Made by a program: the position numbers and the translations under genes. Under the pieces are notes generated by a model. The model did no database searches. It was given only the letters and a program-made list of their open reading frames with translations, and was not told the origin of the DNA. DNA of 64,000 bases, taken from the NCBI GenBank assembly GCA_041650835.1, contig JBAZKL010000002.1, positions 338,472-402,471 on the forward strand, read 5' to 3'. Source of the DNA: Candidatus Omnitrophota bacterium (lineage in GTDB: Bacteria > Omnitrophota > Gorgyraeia > Gygaellales > Profunditerraquicolaceae). Shown one piece after another: positions 17,919 through 28,523 of this stretch (the first letter of the stretch is position 1; the number at the start of each line of letters is the position of its first letter).

Positions 17919-18842
17919 ATGGAATTAGTCATTTCAACCTCGTGGAATGCGTTTCGTAAAGACTGCGGAGGAGAGATAGTTGCTGAAGTAAAAAAACTTA
18001 AGTTTAATGAGATTGAATTAAGTTTTAATCTCACTCACGATATAGTAGAAGATATAGCTCAATTGGTTAAAGCAGGGGAAATAACCGTGAGCAGCCTCCA
18101 TAATTTCTGCCCGATCCCCGAAGGCTTACGGCGGGAAACAGCATTGCCCGATTGCTATAACATGGCTTCTCTTGACGAAGAGAAGCGTAAAATGGCAATT
18201 TTCTTTACTAAACGCACGATAGAGACTGCTCAACGCCTGAACGCACAGGCTGTCATTTTACATTGCGGCAGAGTTGAAATTACCGATAGAACCCCGGAAT
18301 TAATCGATCTTTACGTCAGGGACCTTAAAGATACGCCTGCATTTATTGCATTACGGCAGGAGATCATAGAAGAACGGCACAATACCGCTCTGCCATTCTT
18401 TGAGAATACGCTTAAAAGTTTAGAGGAATTAAACCGTCACGCTGCCTCCTGTAACGTGAAATTGGGCATTGAAACAAGGTATTACTACAGAGAAATACCT
18501 ACCTTTGAAGAAATCGGCATTATTTTAAATAAGTTTAACAATACAAATGTTTTCTATTGGCATGATGTCGGCCACGCGCAAGTACTGGAAAACTTTGGTT
18601 TTGTCAGCCATAAGGCATTCTTAGACTTATACGGCAAAAAGTTATTGGGGATCCATCTGCATGATATCAGCGGCTATCATGATCACAAGGCTCCGGGAAA
18701 AGGTAAGTTTGATTTTCAAACCCTTCTGCCGTATATCTCCAAAGAAACCATCAAAGTTATCGAAGCTCATTACCCGGCAGCTCCTGGTGATTTGAAAAAC
18801 AGCAAAAAATTACTGGAAAAACTCTTCGATGGGAAAATCTAA
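17919..18842 (+). CDS. sugar phosphate isomerase/epimerase (xylose-isomerase-like TIM barrel)
   Basis: TIM-barrel AP-endonuclease-2/XylA-like signature …KLGIETRYY…HDVGHAQV…GIHLHD. Confidence 0.7.
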   Translation: MELVISTSWNAFRKDCGGEIVAEVKKLKFNEIELSFNLTHDIVEDIAQLVKAGEITVSSLHNFCPIPEGLRRETALPDCYNMASLDEEKRKMAIFFTKRTIETAQRLNAQAVILHCGRVEITDRTPELIDLYVRDLKDTPAFIALRQEIIEERHNTALPFFENTLKSLEELNRHAASCNVKLGIETRYYYREIPTFEEIGIILNKFNNTNVFYWHDVGHAQVLENFGFVSHKAFLDLYGKKLLGIHLHDISGYHDHKAPGKGKFDFQTLLPYISKETIKVIEAHYPAAPGDLKNSKKLLEKLFDGKI

Positions 18843-19650
18843 CGTACGCAAAGCTGTTGTCGCCGGTCAATTTTATCCTTCCAACCGGCAGGAACTAAAC
18901 CTCCAAATCGGCAGTTTTATCAATAAGAAAGCTGATAAGATCGATGCTCGAGCCTGTATACTGCCTCACGCCGGATATATATATTCCGGAGAAGTCGCTG
19001 GAACCACTGTATCACACCTCATAATAAAAGATACGCTTATCCTTATCGGCCCGAACCATACCGGCTATGGAGCCGCATTCAGTATCATGACTGAAGGCAG
19101 CTGGCAGACTCCCCTGGGAGAAGTTAAGATCAACAGCGAACTTGCAAAAAAATTGCTGCACAGATCACGCTATCTTAAAGATGACGCGCTGGCTCATACC
19201 TATGAGCATTCTTTAGAAGTTGAAATACCGTTCTTTCAGTTTTGTAAAGAAAGCTTTGAAATTATCCCGATCGCTATCCTCTCTGACAGCTTAAACGACC
19301 TTCAAAATCTGGGAAAGGAGATCGGATCGCTCATTAAAGAATCGGGCCTCACGGACTCAACGCTCATCGTCGCCAGTTCCGACATGACTCATTATGAACC
19401 GGAAGAACAGGCCAGGAAGAAAGACTTTGAAGCCCTGGCAGCGATAGAAAAAATGGATGAAAACGACTTATTCGAGAAAATCAACCATTTTAACATTTCA
19501 ATGTGCGGCAGAGCTCCCGTTATAACCACCATAGCCGCGGCTAAAATATTGGGAGCCAGGCACGCCCGCCTCAGCGCTTACCAAACCAGCGCGAAAACAA
19601 GCAAAGATACAAGCAGCGTCGTCGGTTACGCGGGAGTACTTATGTATTAG
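18829..19650 (+). CDS. MEMO1-like protein (AmmeMemoRadiSam system protein B family)
   Basis: N-terminal hallmark AVVAGQFYP and [12 protein letters not shown]; a ~270-aa Memo-like fold. Confidence 0.8.
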   Translation: MGKSNVRKAVVAGQFYPSNRQELNLQIGSFINKKADKIDARACILPHAGYIYSGEVAGTTVSHLIIKDTLILIGPNHTGYGAAFSIMTEGSWQTPLGEVKINSELAKKLLHRSRYLKDDALAHTYEHSLEVEIPFFQFCKESFEIIPIAILSDSLNDLQNLGKEIGSLIKESGLTDSTLIVASSDMTHYEPEEQARKKDFEALAAIEKMDENDLFEKINHFNISMCGRAPVITTIAAAKILGARHARLSAYQTSAKTSKDTSSVVGYAGVLMY

Positions 19651-19702
19651 TTTTACCGGGGCGGCTTTATGCTGCCGCAACTCACCCAAGACAAGGAGAA
19701 GC

Positions 19703-20053
19703 ATGGAAGAACCCAAAAAAAATATTGACGAAACATGGAAAGAAAAAGCAAAACAAGAAAAAGAAAGCGTTAAGGATCAAGAAGATCTAACCTCTCCTGA
19801 ACCTGATTTTAATTTTTTTATTTCCACGCTTTCCCTGCAAGCATCCATTTTCCTAGGGCTCATCCCTAATCCGGGAACTAACAAAAAAGAAGAGAATTTC
19901 CCGCAGTCAAAATTTATTATCGATACCATAGCAATGCTCAAAGAAAAAACTAAAGGGAACTTGAACACGCAAGAAGAAGATTTGCTGGAAAATGTGCTCT
20001 ATGAGCTTCGTATGCAATACATAAAGGTCACTGAAAGCAAAAGCAAGCCATAA
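19703..20053 (+). CDS. DUF1844-like small acidic protein
   Basis: N-terminal E/K-rich region followed by FISTLSLQASIFLGLIPNP, typical of DUF1844. Confidence 0.45.
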   Translation: MEEPKKNIDETWKEKAKQEKESVKDQEDLTSPEPDFNFFISTLSLQASIFLGLIPNPGTNKKEENFPQSKFIIDTIAMLKEKTKGNLNTQEEDLLENVLYELRMQYIKVTESKSKP

Positions 20054-20087
20054 AAAGACTTTAAAAAAGATTTTTCGAGGAGGTGGT

Positions 20088-20243
20088 ATGATAGATAAAG
20101 AACTGCTCAATATCCTGGCGTGCCCGGCCTGTAAAGCGGACGTTGAACTCAAAGACGAAAAAATAGTCTGCAAGAAGTGCTCGAAGAAATACCCTGTTCG
20201 AGACGGCATCCCGATCATGCTGATTGACGAAGCCGAAAATTAA
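20088..20243 (+). CDS. Trm112/YcaR-like zinc-ribbon protein (UPF0434)
   Basis: MIDKELLNILACPACKADVELKDEKIVCKKCSKKYPVRDGIPIMLIDEAEN. Under 60 aa so absent from the track; GGAGG RBS. Confidence 0.6.
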   Translation: MIDKELLNILACPACKADVELKDEKIVCKKCSKKYPVRDGIPIMLIDEAEN

Positions 20244-20270
20244 TAACAATTCGCATAACCCATTTTAACG

Positions 20271-20708
20271 ATGAAGAACATACTGGTTATCCACGGCCCG
20301 AATTTGAATTTATTAGGCACACGCGAACCCGGAATTTACGGAAGAACGACACTAAAACAAATAAACGGCGCTTTGAAGAAGATCGCTCAAGCCAGGAAGG
20401 CACGCCTGACCATTATACAGTCAAACCACGAAGGCGAGATCGTTGACTTGATCGGAAAGAACAAATCAGTATATCAAGGCATCCTGATCAACCCGGCAGC
20501 CTACACCCATACCAGTGTCGCGATAAGAGATGCTTTAGCTGCCGCAGGGATCGTAGCGGTAGAAGTGCATCTTTCCAATATTTATTCGCGGGAAGAATTC
20601 AGGCATAAATCTTTAATTACCCCCGTTGTCAAAGGGACCATTTTAGGGTTCGGCCCCCAAAGCTACACCTTAGGATTAGAAGCCTTATTAGACTTGATCG
20701 AGAAATAA
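20271..20708 (+). CDS. aroQ: type II 3-dehydroquinate dehydratase
   Basis: ILVIHGPNLNLLGTREPGIYG…HLSNI motifs. Confidence 0.9.
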   Translation: MKNILVIHGPNLNLLGTREPGIYGRTTLKQINGALKKIAQARKARLTIIQSNHEGEIVDLIGKNKSVYQGILINPAAYTHTSVAIRDALAAAGIVAVEVHLSNIYSREEFRHKSLITPVVKGTILGFGPQSYTLGLEALLDLIEK

Positions 20709-20732
20709 ATCAAAGTTAAAAGAACATAACTC

Positions 20733-21791
20733 ATGACCCCCCGAATAAAAAAAACCTATATTCAATTAGAAAAGACGAATTTAGACGCTTTGATCGTTTG
20801 CTCAAGCGCAAATATCTCGTATTTGACGGATTTCTCAAGCCGGGATGCGCTCGCAATCATATCAAAACAAGGCAATGTATACTTCACCGATGCCCGTTAC
20901 ACGGAAGAAGTAAAACAATTCCTCAGGAATTTCAAATTACAAGAGATCAAAGGGCCTGTTTTTAAGGCGATCTCGGATGCTTGCGCTGAACTTAAGCTCA
21001 AGCGGATCGGCTTTGAAGCCGCAAGGCTTACCTTTGCGCAGTACCAAAAGCTTCAAGAGTCATTTCAGAAAAAAACCACGCTCATCCCCACTCATAACCT
21101 TATTGAAGAATTACGCCGGATAAAAAGCCCTGATGAGATTGAAAAGATCAGGAAATCCACCGCGATAACCATAGCCGCGCTTAACTTTATAAGGAAAACC
21201 ATTAAAACCGGCATGAAAGAGATAGAAGTTGCCGCGGAACTGGAGCGCTTTATACGCTACCACGGAGCGTACGCGAGCGCTTTCGATATTATCGTTGCCT
21301 CAGGACCAAACGCAGGATTTCCTCATCACCTGACTTCAACGCGTAAGATCCGCAGGAATGAAGTTGTTTTGATCGATATAGGAGCAGACTACTCAGGCTA
21401 CAAATCTGACTTGACAAGAGTTTTCTTTTCAGGTAAAATTAATACCTTCGAACAAAATATATATTCCATCGTTCGAGAAGCTCAAAAACAAGCAATACAG
21501 AAAATTAAGCCGGGAATTATGACCCGGGATATTGATGACGCTGCCCGCCAACATATCGCACAGGCAGGATTTGGCGGGTTTTTTGGCCATAGCACAGGCC
21601 ACGGGGTAGGTTTAGAGATCCACGAAGCCCCTTCAATATCAACCAAAGATACAAACAAACTTGCCTGCGGGATGTTGTTTACCGTTGAACCGGGAATTTA
21701 TATCCCGAACAAATGTGGGATTAGAATCGAAGATATGGTTTTAGTTACCGAGAAAGGGGCAGAGGTAATCAGTGGCGCTCTCAATCAATGA
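20733..21791 (+). CDS. M24 family Xaa-Pro aminopeptidase
   Basis: Creatinase/prolidase N-domain plus the M24 metal-ligand region (DIGADYSGYKSD…HSTGHGVGLEIHE…IEDMV). Confidence 0.85.
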   Translation: MTPRIKKTYIQLEKTNLDALIVCSSANISYLTDFSSRDALAIISKQGNVYFTDARYTEEVKQFLRNFKLQEIKGPVFKAISDACAELKLKRIGFEAARLTFAQYQKLQESFQKKTTLIPTHNLIEELRRIKSPDEIEKIRKSTAITIAALNFIRKTIKTGMKEIEVAAELERFIRYHGAYASAFDIIVASGPNAGFPHHLTSTRKIRRNEVVLIDIGADYSGYKSDLTRVFFSGKINTFEQNIYSIVREAQKQAIQKIKPGIMTRDIDDAARQHIAQAGFGGFFGHSTGHGVGLEIHEAPSISTKDTNKLACGMLFTVEPGIYIPNKCGIRIEDMVLVTEKGAEVISGALNQ

Positions 21792-22335
21792 AGTAAAATC
21801 AGGTTTAACGATATTAGTTGACGGCGAGATCTATGTGATCCTTGAGTTTAATCACGTCAAACCGGGTAAAGGGGCGGCATTTGTCCGCGTAAAGCTGAGG
21901 AATTTAAGGACCGTCAATGTCTTGGAAAAGACCTTTAGAGGCGATGAAAAGATCGAAGAAGCCTACATAGAAGAGCGAAAATTACAATATCTCTATAATT
22001 CGGGAGATATGTATCATTTTATGGCACAGGACAATTATGAAGAAGTAGCTATCCCGAAGAAAGTCTTAGGAGATAAGATAAAATTCTTAAAAGATAACCT
22101 GGAAGTAACTTCCTATTCTTATAAAGAAGAGATCTTAAACGTTAATTTACCCAATTTCATTGAGGTAAACATTGTCCATACCGAGCCTGGGATAAAAGGT
22201 GATACCGCCAAAAGCGGGACCAAACCTGCCGAGATCGAAACAGGGGCTATTATACAGGTCCCCTTATTCGTTAATATCGAGGACAGGATCAAAGTAGATA
22301 CCAGGAGTTCATCATACGTTGAAAGGGTCAACTAA
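21772..22335 (+). CDS. efp: elongation factor P
   Basis: GTG start; KPGKGAAFVRVKLRNL KOW region, 187 aa. Confidence 0.9.
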   Translation: MALSINEVKSGLTILVDGEIYVILEFNHVKPGKGAAFVRVKLRNLRTVNVLEKTFRGDEKIEEAYIEERKLQYLYNSGDMYHFMAQDNYEEVAIPKKVLGDKIKFLKDNLEVTSYSYKEEILNVNLPNFIEVNIVHTEPGIKGDTAKSGTKPAEIETGAIIQVPLFVNIEDRIKVDTRSSSYVERVN

Positions 22336-22428
22336 GCGTCTAAAATTATCCTGTTAGGTACAAAAGAAGGCACAAGACCAGGATTCGTAAGCCAAACGCA
22401 CTGCTAACAGGTAAAAGGAGGCTCACGC

Positions 22429-22884
22429 GTGAATATTAAAGAAATCAAAGAAATGATAAACCTGATGAACGAAAACAGCCTCGTTGAATTAGAGGTTGAA
22501 AAAGACGGCATGCGCATCAGGCTCAAGAAAACAATAGCAGGGGAAGCAGGCGTGTACAGCGGGCCGATGGTCATTGAACGGGAAAAGATAGCCTCATCCC
22601 GCCCCCAGGAAACACCACAGCCGGTAGAAAAGCCTTCGGTAAAAACGGTGGAAATTAAAGCTCCGATGGTAGGGACTTTTTACCGCGCGCCTTCGCCGGA
22701 AGCGCCTCCTTATGTCGAAGTAGGACAGACAATCGAACCAGGTCAAGTGTTCTGCATCATTGAAGCAATGAAGCTGATGAATGAGATCAAATCGGAAGTC
22801 AGGGGCAAGATCGTAGAGATCCTTGTTGATAACGCTGAGCCCGTTGAATTTGGCCAGTCGATGTTAATCATTGAACCGCTTTAA
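22429..22884 (+). CDS. accB: acetyl-CoA carboxylase biotin carboxyl carrier protein
   Basis: Biotinyl-lysine motif CIIEAMKLMNEI at the C-terminus. Confidence 0.9.
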   Translation: MNIKEIKEMINLMNENSLVELEVEKDGMRIRLKKTIAGEAGVYSGPMVIEREKIASSRPQETPQPVEKPSVKTVEIKAPMVGTFYRAPSPEAPPYVEVGQTIEPGQVFCIIEAMKLMNEIKSEVRGKIVEILVDNAEPVEFGQSMLIIEPL

Positions 22885-22944
22885 GTTAGGATATAAGCGA
22901 GGAGCTTTCACCAAAAAGCGCCAGTTTGTAAACTAAAAAATATA

Positions 22945-24312
22945 TTGTTTTCCAAAATCCTGATCGCCAATAGAGGAGAAATAGCTCTAAGGATCATCCG
23001 CGCGTGCCGAGAATTAGGGATACGCACGGTCGCTGTCTATTCTGAACCGGACAGGAGCTGCCTGCATGTCAGATTCGCCGATGAAGCGATCTGTATAGGG
23101 CAGGCCGCCAGCAGTAAAAGCTACCTCAATATACCCGCTATTATAAGCGCAGCTGAGATCACCGATGTCGAAGCGATCCATCCTGGTTACGGATTTCTTG
23201 CGGAAAATGCCCATTTTGCCGAAATTTGCGAATCCTGCCACATAAAATTCATAGGGCCCACACCGGAAAATATAAAACTTATGGGTGACAAAATGGCGGC
23301 CCGGGCAAACATGCAGAAAATCGGAGTACCTATCATTCCCGGCAGCATGACCGCGATCAAAAACAAAGAAGATGCCATAAAAACAGCTAAGAAGATCGGA
23401 TATCCGGTTATCATTAAAGCAGCGGCAGGCGGCGGCGGAAAAGGCATGAGAATATGCCATAATGAAATAAGGCTGGTTTCAAGTATCATGACCGCCCAAT
23501 CGGAAGCAGAAGCAAATTTCGGGAATTCTAACGTCTATATTGAAAAATATATTGAAAAGCCGCGGCATATAGAGATCCAGATACTTGCGGATAAATACGG
23601 CCATATTATCCATTTAGGTGAAAGGGACTGCAGTATCCAAAGGAGACACCAGAAGCTGCTGGAAGAGTCCCCATCATGCATCGTCGATAATAAATTACGC
23701 AAACGCTTAGGTGAAGCCGCAATAAAAGCCGCAAAAGCGGTCAATTACGTCAGCACCGGGACCATTGAATTCTTAGTAGACGCCCACAAGAACTTTTATT
23801 TCATGGAGATGAATACCCGTATCCAGGTTGAGCATCCGGTAACGGAAATGGTGACCGGTATCGACCTGATAAAAGAACAGATCGCGGTTGCCGCCGGAGA
23901 AAAACTGCGTTTTAAGCAGGAAGACATTAAAATGAAAGGCGCGGCAATCGAATGCCGCATTAACGCCGAAGATTACGAGAACAATTTTATGCCGTCACCG
24001 GGAAAAATTGAAGTTTTAAATCTTCCCGGGGGGCCGGGAGTACGAATCGATACCCATATATACCCCGGATATGTGATACCGCCGTTCTATGATTCTCTCG
24101 TGGCAAAGATCATTGTCCATGGCAATACCAGGGAAGAAGCGATCAAAATAATGCAGCGGGCGCTGCATGAATTCGAGATCTCGCCTATAAAAACAACGAT
24201 ACCCTTTCACATACAATTGCTCGGCAATCCGTTATTTATCAAAGGCAATATATCGACGCATTTCGTGCCGGAGATGTTGAATACAGAAGAAAAGGAACCT
24301 CCGCAGGCTTAA
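22945..24312 (+). CDS. accC: acetyl-CoA carboxylase biotin carboxylase subunit
   Basis: ATP-grasp motifs ([32 protein letters not shown]). Confidence 0.95.
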   Translation: MFSKILIANRGEIALRIIRACRELGIRTVAVYSEPDRSCLHVRFADEAICIGQAASSKSYLNIPAIISAAEITDVEAIHPGYGFLAENAHFAEICESCHIKFIGPTPENIKLMGDKMAARANMQKIGVPIIPGSMTAIKNKEDAIKTAKKIGYPVIIKAAAGGGGKGMRICHNEIRLVSSIMTAQSEAEANFGNSNVYIEKYIEKPRHIEIQILADKYGHIIHLGERDCSIQRRHQKLLEESPSCIVDNKLRKRLGEAAIKAAKAVNYVSTGTIEFLVDAHKNFYFMEMNTRIQVEHPVTEMVTGIDLIKEQIAVAAGEKLRFKQEDIKMKGAAIECRINAEDYENNFMPSPGKIEVLNLPGGPGVRIDTHIYPGYVIPPFYDSLVAKIIVHGNTREEAIKIMQRALHEFEISPIKTTIPFHIQLLGNPLFIKGNISTHFVPEMLNTEEKEPPQA

Positions 24313-24326
24313 CAGGACATAAAAAC

Positions 24327-24680
24327 ATGATGCACAGAGAAGAATCACAGTCTAATTACGGGACGATCAGCATACATAATAATGTTATCGCTTCTATCGC
24401 GTCGGTCGCCGCCAATGAAATCGAAGGGGTCAAGAACATCGGTACTGACTTAAAAAGTAAACTGTGCTATCTTCTCGGGAAGAAAACTTCCGCGATAAAA
24501 GTCGATATTGATACCGGAGGATATGTATCGGTAGAGATCCCCTTGGTGATCAAATATGGCTGTAATATCCCGGAAATTTCCAATAAAGTCCAGGAAAATG
24601 TGCGTCTTGCGCTGGAAAAAATGACTAATTTATCCGTCAAGAATATAAATATAACCGTTCAAGGGATCGAAAAGGATTAA
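24327..24680 (+). CDS. Asp23/Gls24-family (alkaline shock) protein
   Basis: YGTISIHNNVIASIASVAANEIEGV N-terminal signature. Confidence 0.8.
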   Translation: MMHREESQSNYGTISIHNNVIASIASVAANEIEGVKNIGTDLKSKLCYLLGKKTSAIKVDIDTGGYVSVEIPLVIKYGCNIPEISNKVQENVRLALEKMTNLSVKNINITVQGIEKD

Positions 24681-24717
24681 CCGCTGTTTTAAGCTACCCA
24701 GAGGGGAGGCAATACCA

Positions 24718-25323
24718 ATGAGAATATTTACGGTCTTGGGGATTATTTTTTACGCAAGTATCCTCATTTTGATAGGAGCAACCCTGCTTATTTTTTCATT
24801 TAATATATTGCTGCCTCAAGACATCAATCAGCTCTTTGTCTATCTCCAAAACAGTTTAAACTCCCGGATCATTGTAGGCCTTTCCGGGCTCCTGCTTATC
24901 TTAGTCAGCATTTCTTTTGCCCGGTTAATACTGGGAGGCTACCAGAGGGAGAAAACTATTGCGTTTACCACTTCTTCCGGTGAAGTCACGATAGCCCTCA
25001 ATGTCGTAGAAGACTTGATCAAGCAGCTCTCAAACGTGATCCCTGAAATAAAAGAGTTACGGCCGGATGTTATCGCCGACAAAAAAGGTATCAAAGTAGA
25101 ATTAAATGTCGTTTTAAAGTCGGAAGCTAATCTCCCGGAATTAACCGCCCGTCTCCAGGATATAACCAAATCAAAGATACAAGAAGTACTGGGGCTCGAA
25201 GAGGAAATAATCATTAAAATACATATTACCAAGATAATCGCGAAAGAAGATAAAGATAAGAAAAGGAAAGAACCGGAAAAAAATGAATCTGCGATACCGT
25301 TTGGCGGCTACGGCAGAGTATAA
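24718..25323 (+). CDS. Asp23-associated membrane anchor (AmaP-like)
   Basis: Two N-terminal TM helices and genomic pairing with the Asp23 gene. Confidence 0.45.
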   Translation: MRIFTVLGIIFYASILILIGATLLIFSFNILLPQDINQLFVYLQNSLNSRIIVGLSGLLLILVSISFARLILGGYQREKTIAFTTSSGEVTIALNVVEDLIKQLSNVIPEIKELRPDVIADKKGIKVELNVVLKSEANLPELTARLQDITKSKIQEVLGLEEEIIIKIHITKIIAKEDKDKKRKEPEKNESAIPFGGYGRV

Positions 25324-25351
25324 CCAACACACGTAAGGAGGAAATACGACC

Positions 25352-26383
25352 ATGGCAAAGATTGGAATTCTTACCGGCGGAGGAGATTGCCCCGGTTTAA
25401 ACCCCGTTATTAGAGCAGTGGTGAGAAAAGCATTCAATGAAGGCTATCAAGTCATCGGTATCAAGAACGGATGGAAAGGCCTCATGGAAAATGACACTAC
25501 CGAATTGAATCTCGATTCCATTTCAGGCATCTTACCCAAAGGCGGAACGATCTTAGGCACAAGCCGCACGAATCCTTATAAGAAAGAAAACGGGGTCGAA
25601 AAAGTCAAAGAGACCTATAAAAAGCTCGGGTTAGACGCTTTGATCGCTGTGGGAGGAGAAGACACCCTGGGAGTAGCGTCAAAATTACCGAAAGACGGGC
25701 TCAAGAATGTCGTCGGCGTCCCCAAGACGATCGATAACGACTTATCTTCAACTGATTATACTTTTGGGTTTGACACAGCTTTAAATATTGCCACTGAATG
25801 TATTGACCGCCTGCACACTACAGCCGAAAGCCACCATCGGATCATGGTTGCCGAAGTCATGGGCCGCCACGCCGGCTGGATCGCCATTGAAGCGGGGATC
25901 GCCGGAGGCGCGGACGTAGTCCTGATACCTGAGCTGCCGATCGATATTGAAGAAGTTTGCGCACTCATCAAAAAAAGGCATTCCCGCGGTAAAACATTCA
26001 GTATTGTTGTCGTAGCTGAAGGAGCTCAATTTAAAGAGAAATCAATGATCACCCAGGAAGAAAAATTAGACGAATTCGGCCATGTGCGCCTTGGGGGGAT
26101 CGGTGACCAGCTCGCAAAAGAAATAGAAAAACGCACCGGGTATGAAACCAGAGTGACCGTTCTTGGACATATTCAAAGAGGCGGGTCCCCCACCGCATTT
26201 GACAGGGTACTGGGGACCAGATTCGGGGTAAAAGCCGTGGAATTAGTAAAAAACAAAGACTTCGGCAAAATGGTAGCTTTAAGAGGCGATAAAATCATCG
26301 CGGTACCTTTAGAAGACGCAGTCAAAGCCTTAAAAACGGTCGACATGGAGCTCTACGAGATCGCGAAAGTGTTTTTCGGTTAG
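25352..26383 (+). CDS. pfk: 6-phosphofructokinase (ATP- or PPi-dependent)
   Basis: GILTGGGDCPGLNPVIRAVV, GGEDTLGVA, MGRHAGWIA motifs. Confidence 0.9.
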   Translation: MAKIGILTGGGDCPGLNPVIRAVVRKAFNEGYQVIGIKNGWKGLMENDTTELNLDSISGILPKGGTILGTSRTNPYKKENGVEKVKETYKKLGLDALIAVGGEDTLGVASKLPKDGLKNVVGVPKTIDNDLSSTDYTFGFDTALNIATECIDRLHTTAESHHRIMVAEVMGRHAGWIAIEAGIAGGADVVLIPELPIDIEEVCALIKKRHSRGKTFSIVVVAEGAQFKEKSMITQEEKLDEFGHVRLGGIGDQLAKEIEKRTGYETRVTVLGHIQRGGSPTAFDRVLGTRFGVKAVELVKNKDFGKMVALRGDKIIAVPLEDAVKALKTVDMELYEIAKVFFG

Positions 26384-26443
26384 AAAAATCACCTGTCTTT
26401 GACAGTAAATAGCCCTAAAATACCTACGGAGGATTAATTTATT

Positions 26444-27010
26444 ATGCGAGATAAAATCAAAGACTTGTTTTTAGAAAGCATACAAGTGAAAGAAGACCTG
26501 CTCCATTCAAATATCGGACAGATCATCGATATCGCTACCCTTATGATCGAATCGATCAAAAAAGGGGGTAAAGTAATCCTCTTCGGAAACGGCGGCTCAG
26601 CCAGCGACAGCCAGCACATTGCCGCAGAATTAGTCGGCAGATTCAGAAAAGAAAGAAGCGCTTTAGCGGCGATCGCGCTGACCACGAATACCTCAATATT
26701 GACTTCTCTGGCAAACGACTACAGCTATGAAATAGTTTTTTCCAGGCAGATCGAAGCGCTTGGGCAGAAAAACGATATTGCCATAGGGATCTCTACCAGC
26801 GGAAAAGCAAAAAATGTCGCCGCGGGCATAAAACAAGCTAAAAAGATGGGCATCAAGACCATCGCGTTGACCGGAGGCGACGGAGGAGAACTGGCGAAAT
26901 TAGCCGATATATCGCTGATCGTGCCTTCACTGGTTACCGCGCGGATACAGGAAGCCCATATTACCTTAGGACACATCATATGCGAACTAGTGGAACAGGA
27001 ATTCGCTTAG
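26444..27010 (+). CDS. gmhA: D-sedoheptulose-7-phosphate isomerase (SIS domain)
   Basis: GNGGSASDSQHIAAELVGRF…GISTSGKAKNV. Confidence 0.85.
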   Translation: MRDKIKDLFLESIQVKEDLLHSNIGQIIDIATLMIESIKKGGKVILFGNGGSASDSQHIAAELVGRFRKERSALAAIALTTNTSILTSLANDYSYEIVFSRQIEALGQKNDIAIGISTSGKAKNVAAGIKQAKKMGIKTIALTGGDGGELAKLADISLIVPSLVTARIQEAHITLGHIICELVEQEFA

Positions 27011-27483
27011 AAGAAAAGATAAAGAGCCTGCGCCAGCTGCAGAAGGTCATTCGCTCATTGAAATCTCAACGTAAAAGGATCGTATTTACCAACGGTTGTT
27101 TTGATCTATTGCATTACGGGCATGTAAAATATTTACAAGATGCCAGGAATAAAGGAGACGCCCTGATCGTCGCCGTCAACAGCGACGCCTCAGTAAGAAA
27201 ACTCAAAGGAAAGAGCAGGCCGATCGTTCCCGAAAAAGACAGGGCGCGCGTCATTGCCGGCCTGTCCAGCGTCGATTTTGTGGTCATTTTTAACCAAGAC
27301 ACGCCCTTAACCGTGATACAAGCGTTAAAACCGGATATATTGGTTAAAGGCGCCGACTGGAACCCCGACGCTATTGTCGGAAAAGATTTTGTGGAATCAT
27401 ACGCGGGGAAAGTTACTACGATACAATTCGTCAAAGGCCTTTCGACCACGAATTTAATTAAGAAAATAGCGTCTCGTGCATAA
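26980..27483 (+). CDS. D-glycero-beta-D-manno-heptose-1-phosphate adenylyltransferase (RfaE domain II-like cytidylyltransferase)
   Basis: IVFTNGCFDLLHYGHVKYLQDAR nucleotidyltransferase motif; adjacent to gmhA. Confidence 0.8.
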   Translation: MRTSGTGIRLEEKIKSLRQLQKVIRSLKSQRKRIVFTNGCFDLLHYGHVKYLQDARNKGDALIVAVNSDASVRKLKGKSRPIVPEKDRARVIAGLSSVDFVVIFNQDTPLTVIQALKPDILVKGADWNPDAIVGKDFVESYAGKVTTIQFVKGLSTTNLIKKIASRA

Positions 27484-27910
27484 ATCCAAGGGTATAGACA
27501 GAATTATCGATGCTAATGTTAACCGGCTCAAAGAAGGCCTGAGAGTCTGTGAAGAAATAAGCCGCTTCATCATGAATAACAGGCTTTTGACCGTGCAATT
27601 CAAGTCGATCAGACATTCGATCGACAGGCTGGCGGAAGCACTCGCGCCGGTTGCAGAGCGAGTCAGTGTCAGAAACAGCCGTAGAGACAAAGGCAAGAAC
27701 GTCCACCTTGACACGGAACTTAAAAGGACCGGGTTAGCCGATATTTTTTACGCGAATATCCAACGCGCGAAAGAATCAATCCGGGTTTTAGAGGAATTCG
27801 CGAAACTTAAAGGCAAAGCAGAAGCGCTGGGATTTAAGAAAGCCCGTTACGAAATCTATGAACTCGAGAAAAAAGTTATTACTCACCGCCCGGGCTTACG
27901 CCGTTATTGA
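27476..27910 (+). CDS. conserved hypothetical protein, co-oriented with and overlapping thiE (possible ThiE-associated domain)
   Basis: 144-aa ORF; 53-nt overlap with the thiE ORF as listed; no motif assigned with certainty. Confidence 0.35.
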   Translation: MHKSKGIDRIIDANVNRLKEGLRVCEEISRFIMNNRLLTVQFKSIRHSIDRLAEALAPVAERVSVRNSRRDKGKNVHLDTELKRTGLADIFYANIQRAKESIRVLEEFAKLKGKAEALGFKKARYEIYELEKKVITHRPGLRRY

Positions 27911-28487
27911 TAAAGAAGTCTTAGGCAATGCTTCTTTAATAAAACGCCTTGGGTGTATCAAAAGCTCAAAGGTTGATATTGTTCAGTTACGGGACAAGGT
28001 ATCCTCCAAGAAAGAAGTATACCGGGATGCGTTGATTTGCCATAAGTTTTTCTCAAAAAGTAAAAAGCTCTTTATCATAAATGATTACGTCGATATCGCA
28101 GCGCTTATCGATTGCGACGGCATACACCTTGGACAGGATGATTTACCGCTTAAGGCTGTCAGAAAATTACTGGGCAGGTCAAAGATCATCGGTATTTCCT
28201 GTCACAGCCTCAAACAGGCTTTAGAAGCTCAAAGAGAAGGGGCTGATTATATCAGCATCGGCCCTGTTTACGCGACTCCGACGAAACCGGAATATAAACC
28301 CGTCGGCTTATCATTACTTGCGGAATGCGCCGAAAGGATCAAACTACCCTTTTTTGCTATAGGGGGGGTAACCCCTAAGACTATCGACGATTGTATCGCG
28401 CACGGAGCAGCCAGAGTAGCCGTTTGCAGAGCGGCATTTAACAAAAACGATACTTTAAAAATAGTTACTTCATTAAACAAAACTTAA
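27858..28487 (+). CDS. thiE: thiamine-phosphate synthase
   Basis: …AYAVIDKEV…IHLGQDDLP…ISIGPVYATPTKP…FAIGGV motifs. Confidence 0.85.
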   Translation: MNSRKKLLLTARAYAVIDKEVLGNASLIKRLGCIKSSKVDIVQLRDKVSSKKEVYRDALICHKFFSKSKKLFIINDYVDIAALIDCDGIHLGQDDLPLKAVRKLLGRSKIIGISCHSLKQALEAQREGADYISIGPVYATPTKPEYKPVGLSLLAECAERIKLPFFAIGGVTPKTIDDCIAHGAARVAVCRAAFNKNDTLKIVTSLNKT

Positions 28488-28523
28488 AAGCTTTTTTTCT
28501 CAAGCTTTTCATTGATATTAGCT

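Noticed and set aside
23014-23460. Antisense ORFs within accC (148, 100, 69 aa)
   Set aside because: Embedded in a highly conserved gene on the opposite strand.
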